Positions 36,322 to 49,133 are shown, counted from the whole stretch's first letter. The stretch: DNA of 61,734 nucleotides, filler included, from Squatina squatina (GCA_031763465.1; 4 parts of 3 records of this genome joined end to end with filler, not necessarily neighbours in it); one strand, 5' to 3'. Program-made: numbers and translations. The notes: generated from the sequence alone by a model not told the origin.

Positions 36322-36497
36322 GAGAATGCTGTACAAAGGGACTCTCATGGAAATAACCTCCTCAAACCTCCTGCCGTTGCTGCTGGGTAGTGTGGGCCTC
36401 ATTGTTTTATACACGCTGCTGCAACGCATGAAGGAGCGAGCCTACATTCAGGATGCTGTGGTGGTGATAACAGGAGCAAGCTCTGGCCTCGGTAAAG
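36322..36497 (+). CDS. DHRS7B: DHRS7B exon 2 (membrane anchor and Rossmann TGxxxGxG motif)
   Basis: Bounded by ccctcag| and AAG|gtaagg, 176 nt. Reads MEITSSNLLPLLLGSVGLIVLYTLLQRMKERAYIQDAVVVITGASSGLGK; next to TMEM11 as in other vertebrates. Confidence 0.9.
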
Positions 36498-36704
36498 GTA
36501 AGGTAGTAACACAGTATATACCAGTCTGCTCATTTTGTAGTCATGCTGCAATTCCTCCTAAGCTTCCCCCTGCCCCGTAGGTCCTTCCCCAGCTGTCTAC
36601 CATGTTGCTCGTGATTGCTTTAAAATGAAGTATATTACTGAATCTTCACCGAAGGTTCTGTGCCTCTAAAACTTGGTATATGGCTCAGTGCTAGTGTAAA
36701 GGCT

Positions 36705-36938
36705 AGTGAATCGTACAGCAGTGAAGGAGGCCGTTTGGCCATCCTGCTTGTGCTGGCTCTTTGAAAGAGCTACCCAATTAGTCCCACTCGATGTTCCCTT
36801 TAGGCTGTGCTCTGGGACCTCTAGTAGGAAAAACCATGCGTGCATGGCATTTCTAATGGGTACCCAAAAAAGTTAATGGGAACGTTAGCCCCACTCCCCC
36901 CTGCTCTTTCCCCACAGCCCTGTAATTTTTCTCCTTCA
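36705..36938 (-). mobile_element. CR1 3' tail fragments
   Basis: gaaggaggccgtttggcc...ctctttgaaagagcta and ccactcccccctgctctttccccacagccctg. Confidence 0.75.
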
Positions 36939-37360
36939 NNNNNNNNNNNNNNNNNNNNNNNNNNNNNNNNNNNNNNNNNNNNNNNNNNNNNNNNNNNNNN
37001 NNNNNNNNNNNNNNNNNNNNNNNNNNNNNNNNNNNNNNTCTATAGGTAAGCTTGCTGTCTGATTGCATTTATAACTTGAAAGACATCTCAGGGGATTCAG
37101 ATATCAATAACCTGCTCATGGTTTAAATAAACTGAATTCTGGTGTGTTGCTGCCCTGAAAACCCAACACGGAATCCTTGAGACACCACCACCTATACCAT
37201 CTTATTTCCATCCTAGAGGACTCTTAGCTTTTACCGTGGATTTCCCCACCCACAACTTCACTGTGTACTGAATCTCAAAAAACTCGTATCACAAGGGAAC
37301 AAAAAAAAAACAGATTTGCCTTCTTTTAGCAGCAACACATTTGGTTTGCTCACTAACATG

Positions 37361-37366
37361 TTTATT
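37361..37366 (-). terminator. Candidate polyadenylation signal, possibly of TMEM11
   Basis: AATAAA on the minus strand followed by a GU/U-rich downstream element (tgtgttg...tgttttttttttgtt). Confidence 0.4.
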
Positions 37367-40300
37367 TATAGTATGCAGTTCAAACCATTTAACACTAAAA
37401 TGCAACGCCTTTAACAAGCACGCCTAGTCAATCTACTAATTTGGCAGATGCACACCTGAACAGAATAGCAAAGCAGAAAAATTTCAGAACATAGGAAAGA
37501 ATACTGAACTTGTCCAAGGGGCACAGCTCATCTCTTACTTTTTTTTTGGCCGGGGGTGGAGGGGCGTCAGCGGCGAAGGAGCCATGCACCATTTTCACCA
37601 TGATGGCACAGGCAAACTATGTAACAATGTGCTTCAATGCAACTCACAACATTGTGTCCCACAGTTGGAAATAAACAGGCATCTATCAAAAGCTTTTTCC
37701 ATAAAGACATTGGCCCCTTGGATGTGCAACCCATTCAAAGAATTAATATACTAAGTTTTGTTCACAAAAGTTGCCATCTAAACTGTTTTCCAAAATAAAA
37801 CCCTGTATATCAATGAAAATATTTATGGGACGTGTTTGGAAATTGATGGGGAACACTGGCAATTGACAGGATGCAGACACCAGTGTGTACTACCCTTTAC
37901 NNNNNNNNNNNNNNNNNNNNNNNNNNNNNNNNNNNNNNNNNNNNNNNNNNNNNNNNNNNNNNNNNNNNNNNNNNNNNNNNNNNNNNNNNNNNNNNNNNNN
38001 NNNNNNNNNNNNNNNNNNNNNNNNNNNNNNNNNNNNNNNNNNNNNNNNNNNNNNNNNNNNNNNNNNNNNNNNNNNNNNNNNNNNNNNNNNNNNNNNNNNN
38101 NNNNNNNNNNNNNNNNNNNNNNNNNNNNNNNNNNNNNNNNNNNNNNNNNNNNNNNNNNNNNNNNNNNNNNNNNNNNNNNNNNNNNNNNNNNNNNNNNNNN
38201 NNNNNNNNNNNNNNNNNNNNNNNNNNNNNNNNNNNNNNNNNNNNNNNNNNNNNNNNNNNNNNNNNNNNNNNNNNNNNNNNNNNNNNNNNNNNNNNNNNNN
38301 NNNNNNNNNNNNNNNNNNNNNNNNNNNNNNNNNNNNNNNNNNNNNNNNNNNNNNNNNNNNNNNNNNNNNNNNNNNNNNNNNNNNNNNNNNNNNNNNNNNN
38401 NNNNNNNNNNNNNNNNNNNNNNNNNNNNNNNNNNNNNNNNNNNNNNNNNNNNNNNNNNNNNNNNNNNNNNNNNACAGGGCAACCAACAGCTCCCTTTGCA
38501 ACAATCAGAATTACGTGACAATTCCGTAGAACATGCTTCTCCTTTAATCTCACTTGATCCGTCTGAATAGAAAATGCTTTTAATTAGGTTGTGAAGTGTT
38601 TCAGTGTAATCAATCATTACAGATTGCACTTGGCAAATGCTTTAAGAAACCTTTTAACTTTGTTGGGAAAACACCGACTAAGCAAGAAAATGTCTGCTCA
38701 GCATATCCTACTGCTTTTCAGAGTGGAAGGGAATTTACCCCAGTACAAAAAGGTCAAACACAAATTCTTTTTTCAAGTATTTACCAAGAAAGTTAGTGTC
38801 AGTCACCATCAAGTATATCAATAGCTCAGGGTATAGTGTTTCACATTATGGAGCACAAACCTCACCGTCTGAAGGTGAATGTTAACCAAGTCACTTTAAC
38901 ATCATTTAGCACTTCCAGCACCATTTCTTCTCATTCTTTATTGGATTGTCTAAGAATGTCCAAGATACACGTATCTATAANNNNNNNNNNNNNNNNNNNN
39001 NNNNNNNNNNNNNNNNNNNNNNNNNNNNNNNNNNNNNNNNNNNNNNNNNNNNNNNNNNNTTTAATCAGACATATGCCTTTGCCCCGTTGTACACACAAAG
39101 TTCATCACTGCATCGTATAAATACCGTTCCCACAACGCAAGCCAAGGAAAAGAATGCAAGCTTGTTTACGTTGCATTGTAATCCTAAAGTATTAGTACAA
39201 CCTGAACCTCCAGAGGCGGCTCCTCTAATCCTCCATGTTGCAACTTCAGAACTTTACGTTGCTTCCCATGTAATGTTACCACGAGGAATGAAAACAAAAT
39301 CATCAAACATGCAGTAAATACTGAGCCAGGCTGGAAAGGTCACCAAAGTCAAGATTAGGCATCTTGGTGAAATTGTGACAGCGTCCAAAATGTTCCCTTT
39401 TATTGCCAAATAATTAAAAAAAAAAGTCTGCACATTACAGCAATAGCTTGTTTGCAGGGAAACTAGAACCAGGCGATGTATACTACCAGCCAAATTCTAA
39501 CTTCAAAGCTGTCTCGGATCTGGTTTGGAACTCAAGCAACGAGCGACACCGTATCGGAGCATTGCTTTAACAGATTCTAACTCCAACACAGCTCGGTGCA
39601 CACTTACTACAACAGAAGTGAGGAAGAGTGGCCGCAACAGAGCTTGGATTTTTGTTCATGAAGAAAGCAGCTACCATTATATTAAAAAAAAGTGGATGAG
39701 CCGACGTTACTGATAAAATTAAAATCCCATTGATTAGCATGTGTGTTGTATCTTTCTCANNNNNNNNNNNNNNNNNNNNNNNNNNNNNNNNNNNNNNNNN
39801 NNNNNNNNNNNNNNNNNNNNNNNNNNNNNNNNNNNNNNNNNNNNNNNNNNNNNNNNNNNNNNNNNNNNNNNNNNNNNNNNNNNNNNNNNNNNNNNNNNNN
39901 NNNNNNNNNNNNNNNNNNNNNNNNNNNNNNNNNNNNNNNNNNNNNNNNNNNNNNNNNNNNNNNNNNNNNNNNNNNNNNNNNNNNNNNNNNNNNNNNNNNN
40001 NNNNNNNNNNNNNNNNNNNNNNNNNNNNNNNNNNNNNNNNNNNNNNNNNNNNNNNNNNNNNNNNNNNNNNNNNNNNNNNNNNNNNNNNNNNNNNNNNNNN
40101 NNNNNNNNNNNNNNNNNNNNNNNNNNNNNNNNNNNNNNNNNNNNNNNNNNNNNNNNNNNNNNNNNNNNNNNNNNNNNNNNNNNNNNNNNNNNNNNNNNNN
40201 NNNNNNNNNNNNNNNNNNNNNNNNNNNNNNNNNNNNNNNNNNNNNNNNNNNNNNNNNNNNNNNNNNNNNNNNNNNNNNNNNNNNNNNNNNNNNNNNNNNN

Positions 40301-40497
40301 NNNNNNNNNNNNNNNNNNNNNNNNNNNNNNNNNNNNNNNNNNNNNNNNNNNNNNNNNNNNNNNNNNNNNNNNNNNNNNNNNNNNNNNNNNNNNNNNNNNN
40401 NNNNNNNNNNNNNNNNNNNNNNNNNNNNNNNNNNNNNNNNNNNNNNNNNNNNNNNNNNNNNNNNNNNNNNNNNNNNNNNNNNNNNNNNNNNNNNNNN

Positions 40498-40981
40498 GCA
40501 GTACATCAAGGCTGCCAAAGCTATTGTGTTGTGGAGTCTTTTCCTGTGAATGTCATCTTTTCTAACCAGAACCACGGGCGTGGACGAAGTGAGTGTGTTC
40601 AGGGGTAACCGGGAGAGTTTGCAGGTGTCGTACTCCACTTGGTACTTGCAGCAGGGGTCGAATTGCCATGAAATGCCGTAGAGAGCTGCGCAGGCCACAC
40701 TGATGGCCCCGACTGGCAGCGTTATGTAACGGGTATACTCCGGAGCCAGTGCTAATGGGGTCAACAGGCAGACCGATCCCGCGATGACAGATGTTTTATG
40801 CAAGCAATTCCCGACTGTGATCCAGCGTGCCGTCTCGTCCCCAATTCGAGTTGGCTCAATAATAATATACTTGTACTGGGTCTCCAGGGCTTGCTCCAGC
40901 TCATATTCGAATTGCTCCTGTGCATTCTCCCCATTGTAGATTTCACGGACAATATAGCAGTCTGTTGAATTCAGTGGCCCC
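40498..40981 (-). CDS. TMEM11: TMEM11 exon 2; last codons fall in the gap
   Basis: Acceptor tgtgcag|; reads TDCYIVREIYNGENAQEQFEYELEQALE...WQFDPCCKYQVEYD...RKRLHNTIALAALMYC. Confidence 0.97.
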
Positions 40982-41376
40982 CTGCACAGGATAAAAGGAA
41001 AGGTAACAGAAACATGTAAGATGGGAAATGATGGAGACAAGAGAATCTCTAACAATCTTGGGCATCTGTGGCAACTCTTGGGGCCATCAGCTGAGAAGCA
41101 GCTCTAGTGAAATTAAAAGTATATAATTTCCCCCTACGCTTCAGCCTGAAGATGACAGTAAAATGGGATGCATTTGTTGTGGCAATTTCAGTTCATGCCA
41201 CAGATTTCTTTTAAAACCTTTTGTAATAATAAAAAAATTCAAGATAATGATTAATATGATCTGGTCATTATCATATNNNNNNNNNNNNNNNNNNNNNNNN
41301 NNNNNNNNNNNNNNNNNNNNNNNNNNNNNNNNNNNNNNNNNNNNNNNNNNNNNNNNNNNNNNNNNNNNNNNNNNNN

Positions 41377-43149
41377 CTCTTCAGTTACAAATGTAGGTAC
41401 TGATCTAGTAAAATTTGGGCTCTCCTTACCAATACAGCAAGTGGAGTCTACAGGCTCAGATAAAACAGACAATGTTATGGTATTATTCTCAAAATCCACA
41501 TTGCTAAATCCATTTCCATGGTTTAGATTCGCATCAGGTTGCACAGGACTTGTGGTCAGCCGTCTTTGTTCTTCATTGTCTAAAGTTGGTTCTTCTTCAT
41601 GTATTGCACTTGGATAGGTGGCCTTAAGATCTTCAGGTATCAGAGATTCAGTGGTGCTGAGGACTTCAATGCTGTCCTCACTATTTGTCCGTTTGGTGAT
41701 CACAAATTTCCTCCTCACAATTTCTGGATTCTGGCACTGCAAGTTTGTTTGGCTGTCAGACTTAGAGGAAAATATTGGGGCTGGGCAGGATTTTTCTGTA
41801 CCCAGCACTTCAATGCTTTCACCGCTACTGATACTTCCCTTTTCTTTCCCTTCCAATTCAAGATAGTCTGAAGCTCCTGGAGGATTTTTACATGGGATAG
41901 AATCGGCCACAGTCCCATGGTAACTCTCTATATTGACTTGCTGATCCAGTTTAATAGGCACAGACTCCACACAAGACTTGTACGATTCAAAGCTGGTGGC
42001 CTCATTTGATAAACAGGGGTGTTCCAAAATCTTAGGACTGACAATATTAAAACCTGGAAGCAGTTTGTCACAGTGCTGTTGCTTTTCAGTTTGTATTTCA
42101 TCAGTGAAGAGTAGGGGGTCCTCAAACAGAAAGGAAGTTACTCGCTGTTGTTGAAGAAGCTCTTTTTCAAGTTGGCCGGTGATCAGATAGCATACATCAC
42201 CTCTGAAGAATTTCTCCACCTGCCTAAGCTGTTCTAGTGTTTGATTAAAAAAGTAACTGTCACAAAGTTCTTCCAAGGTTTTCAGCTTTTTTTCAAAGCA
42301 TTTTGCCGACTTAGCCCTTGTGAATTTGGGCGTGTAAGATCTTCGATCGGAAAAGCTGATTTTCTCACACAATTCGTCTGCATTTGATAATTGCTCCAAT
42401 CCGGTGTCGGATTGTTCTATGGCATACTCGGGCTCATAAGAAAAATAGTCCGAATCTTTCATTTTTTTGTACGAGTAAGTTCTAATCTGCATTAAAAGAT
42501 CTTGATGTTCAATTATACACTTTTCCACATTGGCGAGCTCGTTGGCTTTTTCTATCGCGACCGACGAGTAGTACCCNNNATCGTTGGATCTTTTCTGGAT
42601 TTCCGTTTCATTGTGCAACACATTCCGAGTGTACTCCAGGTCCTGAAGTTTCTTTTCCAGTTCATTTGCAAACGCTTTCCTGTTTCCAGTCTTCAGACAC
42701 TCGGAGGCCCTGGAAAAGTCACCCGAAAGCTCCTGGAATTGCTGCATGATCTTGTTCTCATCGGCGGAGATGTAAGCCACGCAGAATGGCCGGACGAAAC
42801 CCCTCGCCTCCAGGTCATAGAGGGTCAGGTGGTGGACGTAGGCGAAGGCTCCTTCCTTGGAGTCCCCCAGCACCACCTTNNNNNNNNNNTCGACGGACAT
42901 GATCCTGAGAGAGAAATAGTTGAGATCAAAGTTACCGCGGGCATTGTCCGGGATGGTTAACAAAGGCTGAGGGCCTACCTGCTCGGAAAACTCGGAAATC
43001 AGAATGAAATCCTTCTGGAATTTGGCCGTGGCCGTCTTGGACCAGGGGTTCTCGGGCTGGAATTGAAAAGGAGGCACCGAGTCGTCGCTGCACGGCTCCC
43101 CGTAGTCATCTTCGCGGGTCAGAGCCACGACATCGGGGGCAGTAATCAT
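41377..43149 (-). CDS. SMCR8: SMCR8 large first coding exon; 3' part lost in gap
   Basis: ATG at 43149 gives MITAPDVVALT; DFILISEFSEQVGPQPL and HHLTLYDLEARGFVRPFC are longin/DENN motifs of the folliculin family. Confidence 0.97.
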
Positions 43150-43189
43150 ATTTCCACCTTCCCAGACCCAGTATAAGAAGTACAAAGAA

Positions 43190-43570
43190 AGAGCGGACTC
43201 CTTAGCAACGCCAGCGCCTCCTCACCAGCCACCATTTTGTTTCCAGCTGACCCGGACGGCTCTCACCGGCAGTAGGCGTCACTTTTCACCAAACCCTTTT
43301 TTCCCCTCTAAATGTTCCTGTGCCAAATGGCATGTTCAAATTAACTCTTCTTTAAAAAAAAGCGGCGACGGCTGTGCCATTCTTTACATTTTTTCTGAGC
43401 GGCGCGAGGCATTCTGAGTGTTGTAGTTCCCCGCTTCCACCTCAGCCCCGAGGGCCAATAGCGGTGCAAACTACAGCTCCCAGAGTGCACCGCCGCTGCC
43501 TCCCTGAGAGATGTGCGCATGCTTATTCGGCGCAAACACGTGGCAGCGCTGGAAACCCGAGGCAGGGCTG
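43190..43570. promoter_or_regulatory. CpG-rich SMCR8 promoter with paired ZNF143/THAP11-type motifs
   Basis: ACTACA..TCCCA-type sites at 43402-43429 (-) and 43468-43493 (+), CCAAT at 43455, NRF1-like TGCGCATGC at 43514 and E-box CACGTG at 43537. Confidence 0.75.
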
Positions 43571-44006
43571 TGTGTTCGCTGCACTGATTTGTCTCCTGCT
43601 GTCCAGGATCCTTAATGCAGCATCAGTTTTTTGTTTGACATGCAATAAAGTTTGGGATGCGGTAAGCTGCAAAATGAAACGCAGCCTTAAATAAAGTGCA
43701 GAAGCAAAAAGGCATATGCAAAATATGATAAGCACAAAAATTAAATGAAAGAATTGAAATCAACCACAAGAAATTTATGACAAAAATTACATGTTGGGGC
43801 TAGAAATCTGTGGTCCTCTTGGAGTACTTTCGCCGTAGGTCCGATAGGAGTACAATGGAAGAGCCCTCAATTAGGCCAGGACTCAGTTACAGTGCGGGCA
43901 TTGTTANNNNNNNNNNNNNNNNNNNNNNNNNNNNNNNNNNNNNNNNNNNNNNNNNNNNNNNNNNNNNNNNNNNNNNNNNNNNNNNNNNNNNNNNNNNNNN
44001 NNNNNN

Positions 44007-44572
44007 GTGTGGTGGGCCTGTACCACGGCGAAGGGCATGAGTGCAGCCAGGATGGATGTCAGCCAGATCAGGCCACAGCTCCACTTGGCGTGCCGCAGAG
44101 TCCGGAGTGTGTTGGACTTCATGGACTGTGCCAGGGCCAGGTACCGGTCAAAGCTCATCCACGTGAGAAAGAAGATGCTGCTGTACATGTTGATCTGCAG
44201 GAAGAGAGACATGAAGGTGCACAGAATGGCTATGTCGTAGTACTTGTCATTAAGGTTGAAGACCTCAATGAGGGAATCTGCTACAAGGATGAGATCAGCT
44301 ACAGCCAGGTTTACAAAATAGAGGTCTGGGATGGTCATTTTCTTGTGATGGTTCAAGTTCACAACCAGGATCAAGCCATTCCCAATGAAGCCTATGGGAA
44401 ATAGAAAAACTGTGTACAGGCAGGATAGAAAGAGGCTGATATTATAAAAATGGCCATCCCTTTGGTTTTCGCTCACATAGCCACAGTATAAGGTCTCATT
44501 ACAGTAGCTGGATTCATTCAGTTCAGTTTCATTAGTAAATAATAATATTCGTGATGCTAGGCGAGCTTCCAT
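44007..44572 (-). CDS. GPER1: G protein-coupled estrogen receptor 1, N-terminus to TM4; remainder lost in gap
   Basis: [48 protein letters not shown] and WMSFDRY; ATG at 44572. Confidence 0.96.
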
Positions 44573-45237
44573 AATCAAAGGCAGTTATGGCACAACGGAT
44601 TTTCAAAGATTATGTGTTGAGTGATCTATAAATAGTGCTCTGACAGCGGTGCTGTAAGTATTTACATTTGTCTGTATTGATGCATTCATTCAATTCGTCC
44701 CAGCGTATTAAAAATGAATCTGCCATTCTTTATAGTAGCGGGCTTTATTTGGTGTTTGGAGAATCCGAGGGGACGCAAACTTGGTCCCTGCAGTTGCATT
44801 GTGGTTCTGGTCAACTAGTGTAGTGTGGCTCATCTCCAATCCAAAATGCATCTCCCTGGCCTTCATTCAGGTGCGTTTGCTGGTGTGCCGATGCATGTTG
44901 TGGAAGATTGAGACTCCAGTGCTGGAAATCGCTGTGTGCTGGTTTGTCTGGCTGTTGCTTTTCTGCCCTCCAGCTGCCTAATCACAGTTCTTGAGAGTCA
45001 GGGCCAAGCTCTTGGGCTGCCAGGTCGGGCCAGATACTTGCATGTGCCTGGTCCCGACAGCAAGAATTAGTGTTTTGGTTGAGCGCGTGCGATGGTGACT
45101 GTTTCTCTCTTTATCTGGTGACCTCCCAAGAAAATCTGCTGGAACGAGCTGAAACCTTTTCCCTCTAGCGTTGAATTGGCCGTCAGTCGTTAACTGGTTA
45201 TAAAATCTGATGGAGGCGCAGTGTCCAAGTGAGCATC
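44573..45237 (-). other. Putative GPER1 5' leader within the coding exon
   Basis: Strong acceptor ttttctcccccaccccacccctttccactaactgcag| at 45238/45237. Confidence 0.5.
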
Positions 45238-46416
45238 CTGCAGTTAGTGGAAAGGGGTGGGGTGGGGGAGAAAAGTAAATATGAATCAAGACATCCTGTA
45301 CACACAACAGCAGAATTCCCCATCTAAAGGAAATATTTAAATTTGCAGTTGAAAGCCTGTTTCTAATTTAAGTGAAGATGGGGCATACATCCAGACACTT
45401 GGTGAAAACATTCCGTCCAATTGTATTAGCAAACTGCACGAATGATGATGTAGCTTTTTAATCTCCTGTACCTTCCTGGGAACCAAAGCGTAGGTGGCCT
45501 GATGTGTATAACAAAGGAATCTCAAGCGGTGTCTGGACCTCATATTGAAGTATGCTGATGTATCTCTAAAGTGGATAGAATAAGAAATGACAGCACCCAC
45601 ATAATTCGCATTAAACCGGTATAGCGAGCAACCGATATGTAAGGAAAGAAAGTTAATCAATGTTTACTGTACAAGTCAGTTTGATGGAGGGTAACTTTTT
45701 CTGGTTAGCACTTAACCTGTCTCTTTGCATACGCAATAATTCAACACCAATGCTGTGTTTGCAACTGTCATTTGTGCTAATGACCCCTTTTTGGTTCCGA
45801 AGGAGAATTTCAATACGGAGCTGAAAATTAGTTTCGAAGGAACCCCTGATTTCAAAAAGCTAACTAATACCCCGAATACTCTAGCGATACAGCTCCATGT
45901 GCTAAGTGCCATTAGTGTGGAGAGATCGATTGCCTTGAGCCTTCTGTCACCGTGGAATGCTACACTGCATTTTTCATAGAGCGCTTTACAAAGAGAAAAG
46001 TTATTTCCTCGATATCCCATCTGCTCTACTCCATTAGAAACAAACAGCTTTTTTCTTTCAGGCATTGCATGAGAGAGATGACACCATTCTCCGTTATAGT
46101 GCCAGCTCTGGTAAATTTCGACTGTAACTTGGCTTTAGATTTTATTTTTGATGCAGGGCTATCAATATAGCACGAAGTTATGACAACACAACTGATGATG
46201 TACAGCACTATATTGTTTAAAAAAAACTGACTAATATATCATAAAAAATTGTCTAAGTTTCCTGTCATAAGCAGTGGAATGTTTAATGCAACAAATGCAT
46301 TAAAAGAAAGACTTGCNNNNNNNNNNNNNNNNNNNNNNNNNNNNNNNNNNNNNNNNNNNNNNNNNNNNNNNNNNNNNNNNNNNNNNNNNNNNNNNNNNNN
46401 NNNNNNNNNNNNNNNN

Positions 46417-46865
46417 GGAGGGCAGTGTAGGTTTACCAGAATAAGACCCAAACTTCAAGGGTTAAATTATGAGGAGAGATTACACAAATTAGGGTTATAT
46501 TCCTTTTGATCAAAGTTCAAAAGATATAAAGGGGAACAGATAGAGAAACTATTTCTGCTGGTTGGTGATTCTAGGACTAGGGACAGAGTCTACAAATTAG
46601 AGCCAGACCTTTCAGGAGTGAAGTTAGGAAACACCTCTACTCAAAGGGTGGTAGAAGTTTGGAACTCTCCCCCAAATGGCAATTGATGCTGGATCAGTTG
46701 TTAATTTTACATGCGAGATTGATACCTTTTTGGTTAACTAAAACCTATTAAGGGATATGAGCCAAAGGCAGATATATGGAGTGAGGTCACAGATCAGCCA
46801 TGATCTCATTGAACGGCAGAACAGGTCTGAGGGGCTGAATGGCCTCCTCCTGTTCCTATGTTCCT
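46417..46865 (+). mobile_element. CR1 3' part
   Basis: RFTRIRPKLQGLNYEERLHKLGLYS, ending in the tail cctgttcctatgttccta. Confidence 0.92.
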
Positions 46866-47244
46866 AGTTGTCAAAGAAATTAAGAATTGATGAGTCACAT
46901 GTGTTACGAGTAAAGAACAAACAGCTTCGTTGCAGAAAAGGTGTAAGCAATAATGCAGCATGTCCATAAAATAGCACAGTAAATACTTACAACATGCAAA
47001 ATGTAACGAATGTTTGGCTTTTCCTCGGAAGTCTGACCAGGGAATTGCACCAACTTCTTTCAAGTTTGTGGTATGAAAGGGAAGAGGGTTCAGCTCAACA
47101 TTAATCCTAATTGACCCTTCCTTAACTGAATTTTTTAAAAACACACCAACAAATTAGTCATTTTGTCCCCTTGGTTCCCCCCTGGCCCGACCCTTGCTCA
47201 GCTCTGAGGATCGGTAGGTGGTTTGTTCCGAAGCCGTTGTCAAT

Positions 47245-47322
47245 GCTTCCTGGCTGCAAAACGCATTGGAACATCCTGAGGTTGTGAAAGGCGCTATAGT
47301 AATGCAAGTTCTATTTCTTTTT
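47245..47322 (+). mobile_element. DeuSINE 3' tail
   Basis: catcctgaggttgtgaaaggcgctatagtaatgcaagttc. Confidence 0.8.
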
Positions 47323-47669
47323 CCTATAGCTGGTCGCTGGGAGACGTTGGGGACCAGTTGCGCCCAGTGTGACTCTCTGCTTTTGTACTCTCCCTCTTTC
47401 ATGCCCCACCATGTGCAGAAGTGCCCCAGTGTTGACTTGGCATCTGCCCAGTAGACACGGTCCAGATCAGGAAGTTGGCTGGAGCAGGACTCGGGCCTGT
47501 GCCACACCCCTTTCCATGGCGCTGAGCGTGAGGGCCATAGTACTGCCGACGTTGTGTAACCTTTATATTTTGGCACTCAAATTCCCTTCTGCATTCGCAC
47601 CAGTTAATGTGGCCCAAGTGAAAGCAGTTGCCCAGATTAACCTGTCGAGTCCAGTAGCTCCAAAATTAA

Positions 47670-48074
47670 AAAAGCAAGACTTGCATTTCCATAGCACCTT
47701 TCATGACCACCGGACGTCTCAAGGTGCTTTACAGCCAATGAAGTACATTTTGAAATATAGTCACCGTAGTAATGTAGGAAACGTGGCAGCCAATTTGCGC
47801 ATAGCAAGCTCCCAGAAACAGCAATGTGCTAACAATCAGATAATCATTTTTTAGTGATGTTGGTTGAGGGATAAATATTGGCCAGAACACTGGGGTTAAC
47901 TCCCCTGCTCTTCTTCGAAATAGTGCCATGGGATCTCTTGTGTCCTGAGAGAGCAGATATCTCGGTCTAACGTCTCATCCAAAAGACGGCACCACCGACA
48001 GTGCAGCATTCCCGCAGCACTGCACTGGCGTGTGAGCTCAAGTCTGTGTGGACAGGGTTTGAACCCACCACCTC

Positions 48075-48110
<36 letters not shown>

Positions 48111-48118
48111 GGCTGACA
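47670..48118 (-). mobile_element. Full-length DeuSINE
   Basis: Reverse complement of 10901-11352 from tail to tRNA head (ccactgagccacggctgac). Confidence 0.92.
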
Positions 48119-49133
48119 GAGTCATTTCTTTTTGTATTATTGTTGCCTGCGAACCTTGAATAATTAATAGACACAGTCTCGCACGCTGCAGACGTTGGGT
48201 TTCGAGCGAGGGTTTAGGCTGGGCCTCATCTGGTATGCTGCCCGCTTGCAAACGCGTTCTTATTTTTTCTGGATTTACCTTTCGTTTGTAACGACCAGAG
48301 TACTTGGTGATGCTAACTTTACCCCCTTTACTAATAACAAGGAAAAAGAACCTGTACGGGTAGCATTCGCTTCCAGCGCTGTGCCACCTCCTGGTTAAAT
48401 GTCCATGTAGTCCGCCCAAGGATGCGGAGGGATTAGAAAACGTGAGCACCACACATTCAGTGACTGAAAGAAATCTGCCACACCACAAAGGGGTGGGTGA
48501 AGAGAAAGATCTACAAATTCCTTAACAAAACCGGATTAACATTTTGATCTTGCCTATTTCCCCGAAGTACAGTGCTAAAAGGCTGACCAATAAGCGCACT
48601 TCAAAACACTCCTGATACAGCATTGTCTGTTGTATCTTAGCACACGTTCCACAAGCATCAGCGAGTGAAATCACTGCAGAAATGGGGTGCTCCTACAAAG
48701 AGCAGCCCAGCTTTTGCAATAGTACCTGTTAGTTCAGCTCCTGGACTGCAGTTATCCGCCCAAGGAAAGATCGTCGATGAAGCTGATGGAGCTGTTTCCC
48801 TTATCTCCTTTTCAAAACGTCAACCGGTGTATTAATCTGAGCCCCTGAGGACTGTGCAGAGATCGGGCGTAGCTGGAGGTTTGCAGACCAAACTAAACGC
48901 CACCTGCTGTGCAACAGCTGAGATGCAAGCGAGCATCCAAGGCATCGGAGAGCAGCGAATCAAATAAGTCTTATGCTAAGTTAAGCACTCCTCCTGTACG
49001 GCAGGGGCGAGTTTATCCTGTTGTGCTGTATCCTTAGCAACCACTAGAATGGGGGGTGAGGGGGTGGGGGGCGTGGGGTGAAGTAGATGTGTCTTTTGAG
49101 CTGACTACTCCAGCCTGTCTTCATGTCTTATCC

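Noticed and set aside
37823-40608. Long ORFs of 200-290 aa in the ORF track
   Set aside because: They consist almost entirely of N-gap codons.
42502-42960. 152-aa plus-strand ORF, and similar ones over GPER1 and TMEM11
   Set aside because: Antisense shadows of real coding exons.
36322-44572. DHRS7B-TMEM11-SMCR8-GPER1 as a compact functional gene cluster
   Set aside because: The compactness comes from missing sequence between scaffolded contigs; the order reflects ordinary vertebrate linkage at best.
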